This document shows, one piece after another, positions 11,550 through 24,289 of a stretch of 64,000 nt of DNA. Both the position numbers and the translations under genes were made by a program. The notes beneath the pieces were generated by a model that was not told where the DNA came from, searched no databases, and saw nothing but the letters and a program-made list of their open reading frames with translations. This stretch comes from Cetorhinus maximus (lineage: Eukaryota), in NCBI RefSeq assembly GCF_964194155.1, contig NC_135891.1, forward strand, positions 101,742,001 through 101,806,000, in the 5' to 3' direction. The stretch's first letter is position 1. Each line of letters begins with the position of its first letter.

Positions 11550-14270
11550 CTGAACAGAAGAATTCAATGTTATGACTTAATGGGAAACATTGACAAATTC
11601 CACCAAAATATCCTCCCCACCTTTCACTACTTCAAATTGCAGTATTTATTTTGCACAGCCATTAGAAACAACACCAGCGGTGAAGGTACCAAAGAAGTAA
11701 AATATAGCTGAAAGAAAGCTCCAGAAAAAAGGCAAAATAATCAAGCGAAATTATCTTGTCCATGTTTATCTTTGCTCAGTGGTATGTCCAGTGATAATGG
11801 AGATTATGCTGACATATTTATTATGAACTATAAATGGTTTAAGAATAAGTATATTTCATATTAAATATGGTGCATGTGAGTCACAGCTGTCAGTCACAAG
11901 ATTCAGGTCACAATCACTGGGAAAGCAAACTTGAGAACTCTCCAAACTCCATCTGAAAACAGAAACCATGTCACAACTTCCAACACACTCGAACGCAACT
12001 GGTGTACTCACACACAGACTGTTGTTAACTTTACAAACTCAAGCGTATGACTCAGGGTTGTACTCTGCTATTTCTGTCATTAAAATCTTCTCAAGCAAAA
12101 GGATAAGTGGTACAAAGTCAGCTGATCTCCAGGTCTATCACATAACATGGCTGATGGTACGGACAAGTTAAAGCTGCTATTATGCTGGAAAATCTCTTAG
12201 TTGCCACACATTATATAAAGCATAGATTTTAACACGTGAGGCATTATAATTTATGATAGTAATTCATTATCTTTTATCCATATGATATTTTTATCATATC
12301 TGAAGTTTTATGTTCAAATTGTGCTGTTCAAATTAATCTTTGCATTTTTCGGGTACTACCGTCAAACTTACACCATTATAATTTGTCATATGCCTTTGTA
12401 TGATGCAAGAGAGAGACAGAGGAAGGTTGCACCATTTCAACTTTTAACAGGTTCAGTTCTCCTGGCAGGAAGGGCTAATTTTACTAAATAATATATTTGC
12501 CTTATGAATATATTTAAGTTTTTCCAAATATACGATAAAGAAATAGGGTCTGAGATTATTTTGGACACAAAGACAGTGTAGAGTACCAGAGTTTGGGGCA
12601 TTCATCAGCCAAATCAAATTTACACCCTTTCTAAAATATACCCTAGATTCCAGTAGAATGTTCATCTGGCCCCAAAGTGGGGCATGTATATAAAGGACAG
12701 GATAAAGAGAGCAAAAAACAATATCCCAGAAATTCTACTACTTACACCAAAATTGCACTCGGCTCAAGCCTGAAGGAATGAGGGGCGAGTTGCCTACATC
12801 AAACCAGTAAGTGGCTGAGTCCACTAACTTTGTTTAAACCAGATTTGACCAAATTGATTAGAAAATTCTTTTCTTAGCAGTTTAATGGTGAAAGAAGTCT
12901 GCCCTTCAAAAGGTTTCCCTGCCTGAAGCTGCTGAATTCTATCCTCCCTTCATGGATTCCAACAATGAGGTCCACAAGGGGCTTTCCATACATAGTATGT
13001 CCCTGTAATGTAGGAAATGCACTTGTAGAAAGAAGAAGAAATGCAGACAGGATAAAGTACTTCATTAAATTATCGTAAATACGGCTTCAGCAATCAAACA
13101 CACACATCTTCATTACACAATAGTCGTTCAAATGTCTCCCTTTGTCAAGATGATAAGAGCTTGTAGGTAGGTAGGTAGGTAATTAGCCAGAGTCCACGAA
13201 GGACCATCTCTCTCCATTAAAGGAAGACATTAGTTATATAGCTTGAGGTGTACCACTCCACATCAAGCATGAAGCAAGGTAAGCAGGCAGGCCTCCACAA
13301 ACAGCCTGACTGACTAGTATTAGTGTCAGTCCAATGTAGGTGTGACTCAGACTGGGCTATTCAGCTAGATTGTTCACAGTAATGTAATATGTAGTAAAAC
13401 AACAGACACAGAGCTGAGAACTGAAACAAAGAAGATATCATTTAAGCTCAAAATGAATTCTCAATGATACCCAATTATCCATTAAACCAGCAGACTGTTT
13501 TGTACCCTAATGTTCTCTGCATGGAACTGTAGTTTTGCTTTGATATTAATGTAGTAGAGAAATTACATTCTGTAGTTCTCAAATGGTTAACTTGAAAGAA
13601 AAAAGAGAAAATAATGTGGGATGACAGTGATAAAAAAATGTGGGTCTCTTGCTCTCTCTCTCTCTCTCTTGCCCTGTTGAAATTAATTCAGATTTGAGAC
13701 ACCATGGTTTATTTCTGTTCAAAGTTTCAGCTTCACAGCTTAGTATAGTAAAGCTCATAGGATTTGAGACATCATTACCCCTGTAACAAAGGGTAATCAA
13801 ATTTGGATCAAGTGCAAATGAACCGAATGAGATTTAAAAATAAAATCATGAGGGAAAACAGCACTGAACACGGGCTGCCTAGCAGCCTAGATATGAGCTA
13901 AAAATAAATCTAAGGCAGCTGTTTCCTTATATTATGGTGGATCGGGAGAAGATATGGGAGCAATTGATATAAATACTCAAAGAAAAGTGAGAGGCTAAAA
14001 GGATCCAGACTAAAAGGGGTCAGGAATGACTGGCTGAATGTGACTATTTTCACTTTTACATAACAGGTGCCATTAAGGCTTTTATTGGTCTCATTACTTC
14101 TCCTAAATAATGTAATTGGGTCAATATGAACAAATGCAAATCATACTATGCAGACATAAATAAATTATGGCATAAGTTGAATCCTCATCATTCGTGGGTT
14201 AAGTAAACTTCTTGTGTCTTTTTTAAAATTTAATATTTCCATTAATTATTTGAATAATTAAAAAGGTCAC

Positions 14271-14452
14271 CTGATGCTCCTCCAATTGAAGTTCATGGAA
14301 CCTGAATCCTCCTTCACGTTCGAAGAAATAGCCTTGGCTTTGACCGAGGTAAAACACCAAGAAAGACATCTCCGAGTTCTCTAACAGCCGATGCAAATCC
14401 CTTTCATACACCACCTTAAATTGCAGTTGGAGGTTGTACTCTTTCCAGTTCA
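14271..14452 (-). CDS. AMH: Anti-Mullerian hormone, coding exon 2
   Basis: AAACAG acceptor, CAG|GTGACC donor, 182 nt: VNWKEYNLQLQFK...SFLVFYLG...LEEHQ. Compare human VTWEPTPSLRFQ...LLVLYPG...LPGAQ. Confidence 0.9.
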
Positions 14453-15320
14453 CTGTTTGGAAAAGGAATTATGTTTTGTACGTTTTTGAAATAAATATAA
14501 AGCAGAGATCTGACGATGGCTCAGAGAAAAGCACTGGTATAGCATGTGATCCAGAACAAGGAAAATTGCACTGGGTTTTTTTTTTAATGATATCATTGTA
14601 AATCATAATGGAGTCATGGGAAAAAATGATTGGACAACAAATAATCCTTCCAGGTAAAATGGATTAACTTTCAAAAACAGAAGACAATATTTATTAGATA
14701 ACTAATTGCCTGTGGATCTTGCTTTTGAAGCGATTGACCATTGCTTCATCAGGAAATCCCACCACCATCGCAGCCAATTGTTTATTAGCTTTTCAGCAAA
14801 ATCTTGGCAGAAATCAGAGAAAACACAAGGATAGATACTGTTCAGTATTAAAAAGACATGAAATGCTTCCATACTGTCTACAATCCGGAGCAGGGCAGGC
14901 TTGGATTGAGGATTGAGTAAAATGGTGATACAGCCATGAGCAATTCATTGAGACACGAGAAACCAGATTAGGACTTTGTTGCAGCCTAGGCCGTATACTA
15001 TTAACCACTCACATACAACATAGTCGATACAGTCATAACAACACACACAATCAGGCCTGTTTCCATGGACTCCACATTGTATACAAAGTAATTTATCACA
15101 AGATAATGCTTCAAATATACTGATACCGCACATTGCATTATACCACACAGTATGGTAATAAGAAGCATGACGCCATAGACTTGATGCTCCTCTTTTAATG
15201 AAAAACAGAACATAAGCACCTGGTTTTCAGGATAATTAACAACCTGGTTTGAAAACGTTGAGAATTGATTTCTGCGGATGTGTTTCATACGCGTAAAAAA
15301 ACCAGCAGTCATGAAATATT

Positions 15321-16525
15321 GAGCCAAATCTTCCTGCCTTGGGCTTATCAGAGACCGGATATACGGCTGAGATGTGCAAGTCCTGATGAGTGGACTTATG
15401 TGGAAATTGCCTGGGAATTTTCAACTTCCAGTAGCTGATTCTCTGTGACTGTCCGCGAATGTCTCCGACTCTGAGCTAGAGGCGGAGACTTGGGGCAGTT
15501 CTGTGGGACTTATCTGAATAGTTATTCAGGAAATGTTATACTAGTTAAAACCTAGCCTAACATCTGGGTAAAGGCAAAACCAATTCCCCAATCACCCCTC
15601 TCCCCGGCCCCTGACCCACCCATGTACCCCCTGACTAACCCCAATCCAACCTGGCTACCCAACCACCCAACCACCTTCCCAACCACCCATCTATGCCCAC
15701 ACGACTACCCTGCCAACCTGAACCGACAACCTCCCACCACCCAACTACCCTCCCTACCTGACTAACCCCCAGACTCAACCTGACCTGACTACCCACTGAC
15801 CCACCTAAACACCTAGTCCCTACCCTCCTACCCACTTATCCACCTTACCTACTCCACCCACCAACCCCTATACCCACTTACCACCTCATCAACTTACCCA
15901 CTTCACCCACCCCACTTACATATCTCATCCATTTATCCACTTACCCGCCTCACCCGTCTACCCCATACCTCATTTACCCCCTAACCACCTCAGCCACTTC
16001 ATCCACCCGCACCTACCCAATTACCCACTTACCCAACTCACCCATTTCACCCATCTAACCCCCTCCCCACTTACCCACCTCAGCCCCCTACCCACTTACC
16101 CACCCTCCCACCTCACCCACCTCGCTCACCTACCCTTCTAATCCACCTACCCACATCACCTACTTACCCACCTCACCCATTTACCACACTACCCTCCTCA
16201 CCCAACCACCCACCTCACCCATTTTCCTACCTGATCCACATCACCCAATTACCCACCTCACCTCACCTCACTCACCTATCCACTAGCATTCGAACTGCAC
16301 ATTTAAACTTGCCATACAGCGGCTGGTGCTGTAAAAAGAGGGGGTGTGTCTTCTGCGCTGATCCTCTTCTCAGGCCTCTACAAGGATTCCTGCGCTGAGG
16401 GAGTTCTCCAGGATGCTGCATCAGAAGTCAGACCCTTTTTAAACGTGTAGATAGCTGCGCAGTTTTCTGACTGATCACCATTATCGGACGCAGTGGTTCC
16501 GATGCCAAGCAGAAGATTTTGGGCC
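15321..16525. mobile_element. Putative non-autonomous TIR element with an internal C-rich low-complexity tract (15585-16285)
   Basis: Ends gagccaaatcttc ... gaagattttgggcc are roughly inverted. The internal segment resembles 20890-21080 (inverted) and 48100-48660. Confidence 0.5.
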
Positions 16526-16560
16526 GGTTGAGTCCACTTAGAACAGAAACAAATGTCCAA

Positions 16561-17457
16561 GGGCTGGATTTTCATTCGCCCTCCAGGCCCGAAATCGGAG
16601 CCGGGTGGGAGCTAAAATTAGCCTCGTCGACCGACACGCCGCTTTCCCCAGCTCCATCCCACCTCGGGGCCATTTTTGTGGCGATGGGATTGGGGGCCAG
16701 CAACCCTGCCCACACACAGCAGGTAGCCAATCTGAAGAAGGGTCATACGGACTCGAAACATTAACTTTGTTTTCCTCTCTCCACAGAAGCTGTCGGACCT
16801 GCTGAGTTTTTTCTAGCGTTTTCTGTTTTTGTTTCAGATTTTCAGCATCCGCAGTTATTTTGCTTTTATATTGAGGTAGCCAATCACAACTCATAGACAG
16901 CCTAATTGTGGCCAAGTAAAGGAGGCCTTCTGGAATTTTCCATTCGGCCTCCAGGATCCTGCAAGCCGGGGGGTGGGGGGTGGGAGGGGGGAGGGGGGAG
17001 GTAACTTTAGGTCCCTGGAAGTGGGTACACAGCAGCAGACTGGGGTGGGAGACCAGTGCTCCAAGCAGACCTAGAGGACCCCCCTGCCTGGGTGCAAGGG
17101 CAGCCACAAGCCGGCCTGTACAGGGGTCTCCCCCCCGCCCGACCCCGGCCAACTCAACAGTGGTGATCTGGCTGCTGAGTCTGTAGAAAGTTGGAGAGAG
17201 GAAGCCCCTAGGTTGAAGCATCCTCTCTCTTATTTACCTTTCATTGCTCCTTTCAAGCTGCAAAGCCTCTGACCTCCTTCCAGCTTCAAGAACTCATCCG
17301 CTACCCTTAACTGGATGGCAAACTTGCCCTCTCGTCATTAATTGGTCGTCCCAGGCAAAATGAAGATGAGTGACTGCTCCCCCTAGAGGCAGGTTCGGGA
17401 CCCAGGAACAATGTTCCCTTCGCCACACTGCGCCCCCAAAAGGGGAAAATCCAGCCC
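16561..17457. mobile_element. MITE, probably PIF/Harbinger type
   Basis: Perfect 13-bp TIR GGGCTGGATTTTC / GAAAATCCAGCCC. Flanks CAA and AAA resemble a decayed 3-bp TAA TSD. Confidence 0.75.
16733..16873 (+). mobile_element. Short PLE-terminus insertion carrying a hammerhead-like motif
   Basis: 12-bp TSD AGGTAGCCAATC (16721-16732 / 16874-16885). Reads CTGAAGA-A-GGGTC-ATACG-GACTC-GAAACATTAAC. Confidence 0.85.
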
Positions 17458-18388
17458 AAAATGGTTGTTAATTGAGCTATGGAGGATACAATTTCTTACC
17501 AAAAATTAAAAAAAATATATTCATAAACCATTCAAAATATATATCTAATCCAAGAGGACATTCTTTACTGGTCATAAACACTTCAAAGGCACCAGTTCAG
17601 GCAGCATTTACACTGTTGCATTGGGATTATTGCACTTCAGACGATGCTACATTTCCATCGTTCATTGTGTTACGCCATTAGCATTGCCATGGTGCGGTTT
17701 TTATTACATGGATGATAAAAGACGTATGTACATTGAGTTGCACAGTTTGGTGCGTCCAAAGCAGATAACGTTTGAGCCCCTCAATGTGCTTGTTCATTGG
17801 TCTCCCTGTTCAGTTCTTATATAACATTCAGACTCCGAGGGAGTTGGGCAGATTTCAGCCTCTCAGGAAAAGAAACAATGACGGGAAGGCCTTAGATTGT
17901 GTCCATTCCCCTCCTTGGGTTTTACAACAGTAGTAGCAGGCTTCCACACACAGTCCAAGACCAGTGAACGTCATAGCAATTCGGTCTTAGACAGCTCCTT
18001 GCTCTGGTAGACAAGCAAGTTTCAGGCAGGCCAAAGGGTGCCTTTCACTGGGTTCCGAGCCTTAGAGAGGCAGTTGTTTTTTGTCTCAGTGCATCGCAGT
18101 GTGTAAAGCATGAGAGTGTGCATGCTTTTTGATACAAAAGGCAGGCAGCAAGCAGGAAAATCCGGATCTAACAACGAGGCCCCTGAAATCCCAACAGCAT
18201 TGGTTAGGACACTTTTTTGTTTTGCTGAGGAGGCTAATTCCCAGAAATGCAAAATAGGTGCTTGCATGGCTGAATGAACTCTGTGTTATTTGCAGGGAGG
18301 ACCTAGCTGAAGAAGATGCTTGATTTAAAAAGCGAAGACACATGCATATTAATGTAAATTAGCAGCGCAGGGCACTGTCAGACACAAA

Positions 18389-19599
18389 GGCCTGAATCTT
18401 GCGCTCATTGGGTGTACACGATCGGTGGGCCTGGAAGCAGGTGCACCTGGCGATCGCCCCCTGAACGCAGTTTCGTGCCGGCTGGCCAACTTAAACAGGC
18501 AACCAGCGTGAAACGCGCGCTGAGCTAGGCTCAGCGCTGCCAGGTTGGGGTGGGAAGAGGGTGGGCGCCAAGAGAAGTGAGGGTGTGGGCAGGGCTTTGA
18601 ACCAGCTCCCTGAAGGTGGACAGCCGCTGCGGAGCTGCCTCACGGAGAGCTGCAGACCCGCAACAATTAAATACGAAGAAAAAAACGCAGCAAACTGTGT
18701 CTATGCAGTACGTTCAAGGACCTGACAGCAGAACTCAAAAAACTCAGTCCCCAGGCATCTTTTTTTAAAAATTATATTTCACCTCAGACATTTCATCCCA
18801 CCCTGGGTCGAGGCTGTAGCAAAAACATCAAGGCCGCCTTGGCCGATTGTCCAGTCCGTCAACTGTAAAAAGTGGACGGGCCTGTGTAAAATCGCTTTCA
18901 ATTGACTCCTTGATGGGATTAATTGCCCGCCTAATTGTCGGAGAGCACGCTTGTGACTGCCACGTGTGCCTGCCGAGCGAAATATCGCGCCAATGAAGAG
19001 TGCCAGGTGGGTTCCGGGCTGCAGACTGAGAGTATCCCGCCCAATCAGAGCAGGGCAGGAGATCCAGCGTTGGAGCTCGTCGGCTATGACCCAAATCGAG
19101 GTCACGACCCCTAGTTTAAAGGGCCACCACGGCCTCTTTAGCAGCACAATCTAGAAATGGACCTCTCTCTGCACGAGGTCTCAGGTTGTTAAGTCGTGAA
19201 TTTAAGTCAGTATACATCTACTTCTTCCACAAAGTACTTCCAGCGGCCAAAGGACACTAGACAACAGCCAAGATTTAACTCTGCTCTCAGACAACCCACC
19301 ATCACAGCCTGCCTGGCGAAAAAACAGGAGATACAGCTGGCGTAAATCCCACTCTGAAAGCGTTTTATTCCATTCTGCACGTATTATGGCCGTCGCTTGT
19401 CTTTTTAATGAGCACAACTAGCCTATTACCTCCAATTTGCACAGTGTGGGCAAGCTCCCAATTTCCAGACCCACCCGCTAACCATATGATCCCAGACTGA
19501 TGTGATGACTGTGGGGATCGCGACCCAATGTCTTTGTGCCCAATAAGACGTTGGCGGGTACACATTTCACTCCCATTTTCAGAGCGTATTATTCAGGCC
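18389..19599. mobile_element. GC-rich non-autonomous TIR element (Harbinger-like MITE)
   Basis: 9-bp TIR GGCCTGAAT / ATTCAGGCC with a CpG-rich interior unlike the flanks. Confidence 0.55.
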
Positions 19600-19669
19600 A
19601 GTGTACCTTCTTACATATATGGGATTTAATGATTGATAAATAGAAGAAGGGTTAATTAGTGGATGAGTC

Positions 19670-20180
19670 CAATATTAACACAGCAACACAACAAATTTAT
19701 ATTTATATGGTGCTTTGTAAAATGTTCCAAGGTGCTTCACAGGCGGGTTATCAAACAAAATTTGACACTGAGACGCATGAGGCGATGTTAGGGCAGGAAA
19801 AACTTGGTCAAGGTTTTATGGAGTCCCTTAAAAGAGTTAAGGGAGGAAGAGAGACGGAGAGGTTTCAGGACAGAATTCCAGAAGTTACGAGCTTGATAAC
19901 TAAAGGCACGGCCACCAATGTTGGAGCAATTAAAATAGAGGATGTTCAAGAGGCCAGAAATGGAGAAGTGCAGAGGGCTGTAGGACTGGAGGAGGTTACA
20001 GGGATAGGGAGGGGGCTAGACCATGGAAAATGAGGTTGAAAATATTAAAACTGAGCTGTGACAGCATCGGGTGTCAATGCAGGCCAAAAGCATCATGATG
20101 GTGGGTTAACAGGCATTGAAGCCAGTTAGGACATAGGCAGAAGAGTTTAGAAGGCTCATGTTTACAGAGAGTGGAAGGTC
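19670..20180 (-). mobile_element. L2 LINE 3' remnant
   Basis: Reverse complement of the L2 tail seen at 4100-4560 (atttatatttatatggtgctttgtaaaatgttccaaggtgcttcac). Confidence 0.65.
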
Positions 20181-20890
20181 AGGGGGGTTGTGGGTCAGGG
20201 GTGGGGTAGGAGGGGGGTTGGGATAGCTGTGGGGGAGGGGGTAGGATGCCCCCTGTGGGGGGCAGTCGGATGGTCAGGGGGTGTCGGTTGGTCAGTGGGC
20301 GTCAGGTAGTTGGGTGGTCAGAGGGTGTGATTGGGGAGTCAGGTGGTCAGGGGGGTGGGAGTTGGTCAGTGAGAAAAGCTGTTGGGGGCTAGTCGTTGGG
20401 GTGGGTGGGGATGTAGTTGGAGGGGTGTGAGGGTAGTCGGGAGGTCAGGAAGGCAATTGGGGGTATGGGGGTAGTCGGAGTATGGAGGAAGGCAGATGGG
20501 GGTGGATGGTGGGGGCTCCCATGGAGGTCAGGAGCGTAACTAGGAGGTTGAGAATGCTTTTGGGGGTTGGGGGAGTAGTCTGGGTGTGGGGGGTGTTCGG
20601 GGGTGTCCTGTGGGGGCCGGAGGGTAGTCGGGAGGTCGAGAAGGCAGTTGGGGGTTGGGGGATAGCCGGAGTGTGGGGGGGCTGGGTGGTTGGAGGGGTG
20701 GGGGGTGGTTGGAGGGGGTTTCCCGTGTGTGTTGGGAGGGTGGTTGGAGGGGGTGGGCAGTTGGGATGTGGGGGGTGGTCAGAGGGTTTCCATGGGGAGG
20801 GTCAGGAGGATAGTCATGGGGAGTGGTCTGGGGGGTTGATGTGGGGATCAGGAGGGTAGTTGGGGTGGGTGTGGGGGAAGCTGGGGGGCG
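20180..20890 (+). repeat. G-rich low-complexity tract within a MITE-like element
   Basis: Dense GGG runs (ggggtggg, ggtagtcggg). Inverted analogue of the C-rich tract at 15585-16285. Confidence 0.8.
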
Positions 20891-23800
20891 TAAATATGAT
20901 AGTTACCCAGGAGTTAGAAGTGGTTTTAATTCTTCTAACTGTTCCTGGGTAACAATTCCTGTAAGACAGTCGGAACCACCCGAAGACTGGGATTTAAATC
21001 GGAGTATCGGATGGTTCACATGCAGGGAAATTGCCCAATGGAACTTTGAACTTCCTGGACAATTGCCGTGCAATCCTTAAGTGGAGACTTCTGGCGGCGG
21101 GTGGGGGTGGGGGTGGCGGTGGGGGTGAGGGTGGGGAGGGGGAGAGTCCCTGAGTGCACCATGATGCCTGGAGGTCGGAGGTTATGGGCCCAGGTGAGGA
21201 AGGATTCAGTGTTGTCAGCATACACGTGGAAACGGATACTTTAGGCCGGATTTTCTGCAGTCTGCTGGAGCAGGCAAAATGGCAGCAGGCACGGAGAATT
21301 GTGCAGGAAACCATGGATCAAACTTCGGGTGGCAGGATAACTGTAAGTGATTAATTCAGTGGTGGGAAGGTAACAACATGGGAAACTCATCCATTAGCAG
21401 TGGGAAGCTCATTGATTTGCTTAATTGCCCACTTATATATAATTTAAATACAATTCGACATGATTTAATGCTGCCTCCCTGATTTAGTGAAACTCACATC
21501 TGTCTCTCGTGCCTTCAGTAACCTGCCCAGTGAAAGCTGGTGACTTATACATAACTGCCTTGACTCATTGTGAGGGTCCCTATGGACTTCCATCAGATTG
21601 AGTCACAGCTAGGGTCCTGGATTAATCTTGGAGACGTTCTCTCTGTGTCAAAACTTGCTGAGCTGACACTGAGGGGCGGAGCCTCAGGCAGGAAATTCAG
21701 AACTCAGTTGTACTGGGTCTGAAATTTAAAGGGGCAGCGCACAACTGAGGTGGACAGGGGCCATCTCTCAAAGTAGCATCACAGATCTGTGTCGCTAAAG
21801 GGGAGGGCACTTCGGAGGCTGAGGAAAGGGAGAGTAGGGGCAGCATGGGAATTATCCACCCTGTCCTCCTCCTCCATCCTCGAGTGCTGGAGGGGATGCA
21901 CCAGTTGAACTGTGAAATCTCAGGCCTCAGTTGAACCAGTTGACGCCACTGAATGACCTTGTGTGATGCTGGAGGAATCTGTTTTCTGGGCTTTGGAACT
22001 TTGTTTTGCGCTGGAACATCAGAAATCTAGACACTGGGTGTTTAAAACTGCAGAGCTTTCTTCAAAAAGCCTGCAGGACGATTGCCAGCTCTAACACAGG
22101 ACTGGATGCCCTTTAAACATGGCGCCATCTCCTGCACAGCCATCAGGTGATATGGGATTCCCAGCGCCAGAATCGCCCCCCAGGCCACATGGTCCAGCAG
22201 AAAGCCCGCGTAACCCATATTCAGGAGCTTGCCGCCATGTAATCAGGTTCAGCCAACCACTGCGGACCTGTACCAGATCCCTGCCAATTTTCGGGCACGC
22301 TGGCGGGCATTGCGATGGTAGGACTAAATTTAGCCCGGTGTTTCCAGATGATATAGGAGGATGCAAATGTCAAATCCTTGCAGAATGCCAATAGTGCAGA
22401 GGAGGAAGAAAAACCCTTGCAGGTGGTTCTACAGCTAAGACTGTATAAATAAGAATGGAACCAGGTAAGTCCAGTCTTATCTAGCTGGGTGGCGGTGGAG
22501 AGGCATTGGAGTGGATGGTGTTGTCAATCATGTTAAAGGTGAGCAGGGATAAATCAGGTATAGAAAGAAACATAAAGAGAGGGAAAGAAAGATTGGATTA
22601 AGATTGGGAGAGAGAGAGAAAAAGAGACAAAGGAAAAGTAAGACATTTTTAAGAATTTCCACAGCATAGATGCATTAATGAGCAGAACATAGTGACACTG
22701 ATGAAAAATCACAGCATGAAACACTGAGCATTAGTGAGCAAGTGATAGCAATGGTGGTCGGCTAATACTAGGTAACTGTCCAGTATGGTGAGAATTCCAG
22801 TTATGTGGAGGCTATTGACTTTAATGGAAATGCTCTCAAACAGAAGTTATTACAGCAGCAGTACTAAATTCTAAATTCACCTACTTCCATGTACAATGTA
22901 TCAGAAAGTACTATGGGGGAACAGGCCGTTCAGATATTCAGTACCATCTCCCATATAGCTGATGTAAATGAGCATAGGCTCTAGACACTGCAATCTTCAA
23001 TTGAGCACATAGTAATTCCAATGCAGCCCTTAGTTATCTAGGTTATGAGTTCATCTTATAAGAGCATCTCTCAAGAAGGCTTTTTTTTTAAAGAGGCTTT
23101 GAGTTCCAAATTTTAAGATGCTATTGTGGCTAGTTTCAACTCACCAAGTGATTGCTGCAGTCAACCAATATGGAGGAGTCCCACAAGCTAATAGATGTCC
23201 ATTATTCTGTGCTCAAAGTTATGTGGGTATCATGAGGGGATGCTTTATGGCACGCCAAGCACAGCATTGCATCACTGCAGTTGATTACACTCTAGCCACT
23301 GTCAGTGACATTAGATAATGTCTTTGAAAGCAGAAAGCCCACAGCAACTGATAGAGATATGTCAGGAGGAGATCACAGAGATGGGCAGGGGGTGAGGCCA
23401 TGGAGGGATTTGAAAATAAGGATGAACATTTTAAAAGGGGTGCTGATAAACCAGGAGTCAAGGTAGATCACCAGCACAGGAGTGATGGGTGAATGGGAAT
23501 TAGTGCAAACTAGGACTTGGGCAGCAGGATTTTGGATGACAAGTTTGCAGGCTTTCGATATTCACTGCAACTTACCAATTGGCTATACAGGCATAAAGTG
23601 CTTCCACTTCAATCAAAGGAGCAGTTAGTAGTGTAACAACACAGGAAAAACCTGAAGCTGAAAATACACTTGGGCCGAGCATGACTGAAAAACACATCAA
23701 GTCTGTAGTTACTACTATTGCACAACTAAAATATTAATTAACCTCATTTACAGAAAATGAAACAGGTGTTCAAAAGATAAAAAAACTGGGTTACTTTTGT

Positions 23801-24289
23801 CGTTGACTAGAAAATCTCTTGACATAGAAATTGAGGACAATCGTGAACTTCACTATGGCTGACAGAGCATGACACGTTGCCAATTATCCCTGCAAGTCTT
23901 TGTGAAACCAGTGTCACAATTCAGTTACAGCCTCTCAGGTGAGCCCAATGCTCTTCATGCATTGCTTCTCTATCTTGACTGGAAGTTGCCTTTGTTGCGA
24001 TACACTCTACCTGAGATAGCACCTGTTGGAAATCAGGTCCCTTTGACACGCGTTCCTCCTCTTCCTTCACTTTTATATACCCACCTGTAGCCTCTAGACC
24101 CATGCATTTGAACCAAAAGTTCATTTTTATCATTTACTTCTGTCTCTTGTGATACTTGAGTGAAATATTCACTTTTAAATTTTGCAATGCAACTAAAGAA
24201 CACCAATTCTTCACTAGTGACCTGCAACACAGTTTAAAAGTAAATATCAGACTTATATCTACATTCTTGCTCAGAATTACTATTTTTAA

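Noticed and set aside
16538-17221. 227-aa minus-strand ORF
   Set aside because: Runs across a MITE and a PLE insertion; chance open frame with no recognisable domain.
20482-20859. Gly/Val/Trp-rich ORF
   Set aside because: Product of a G-rich low-complexity tract.
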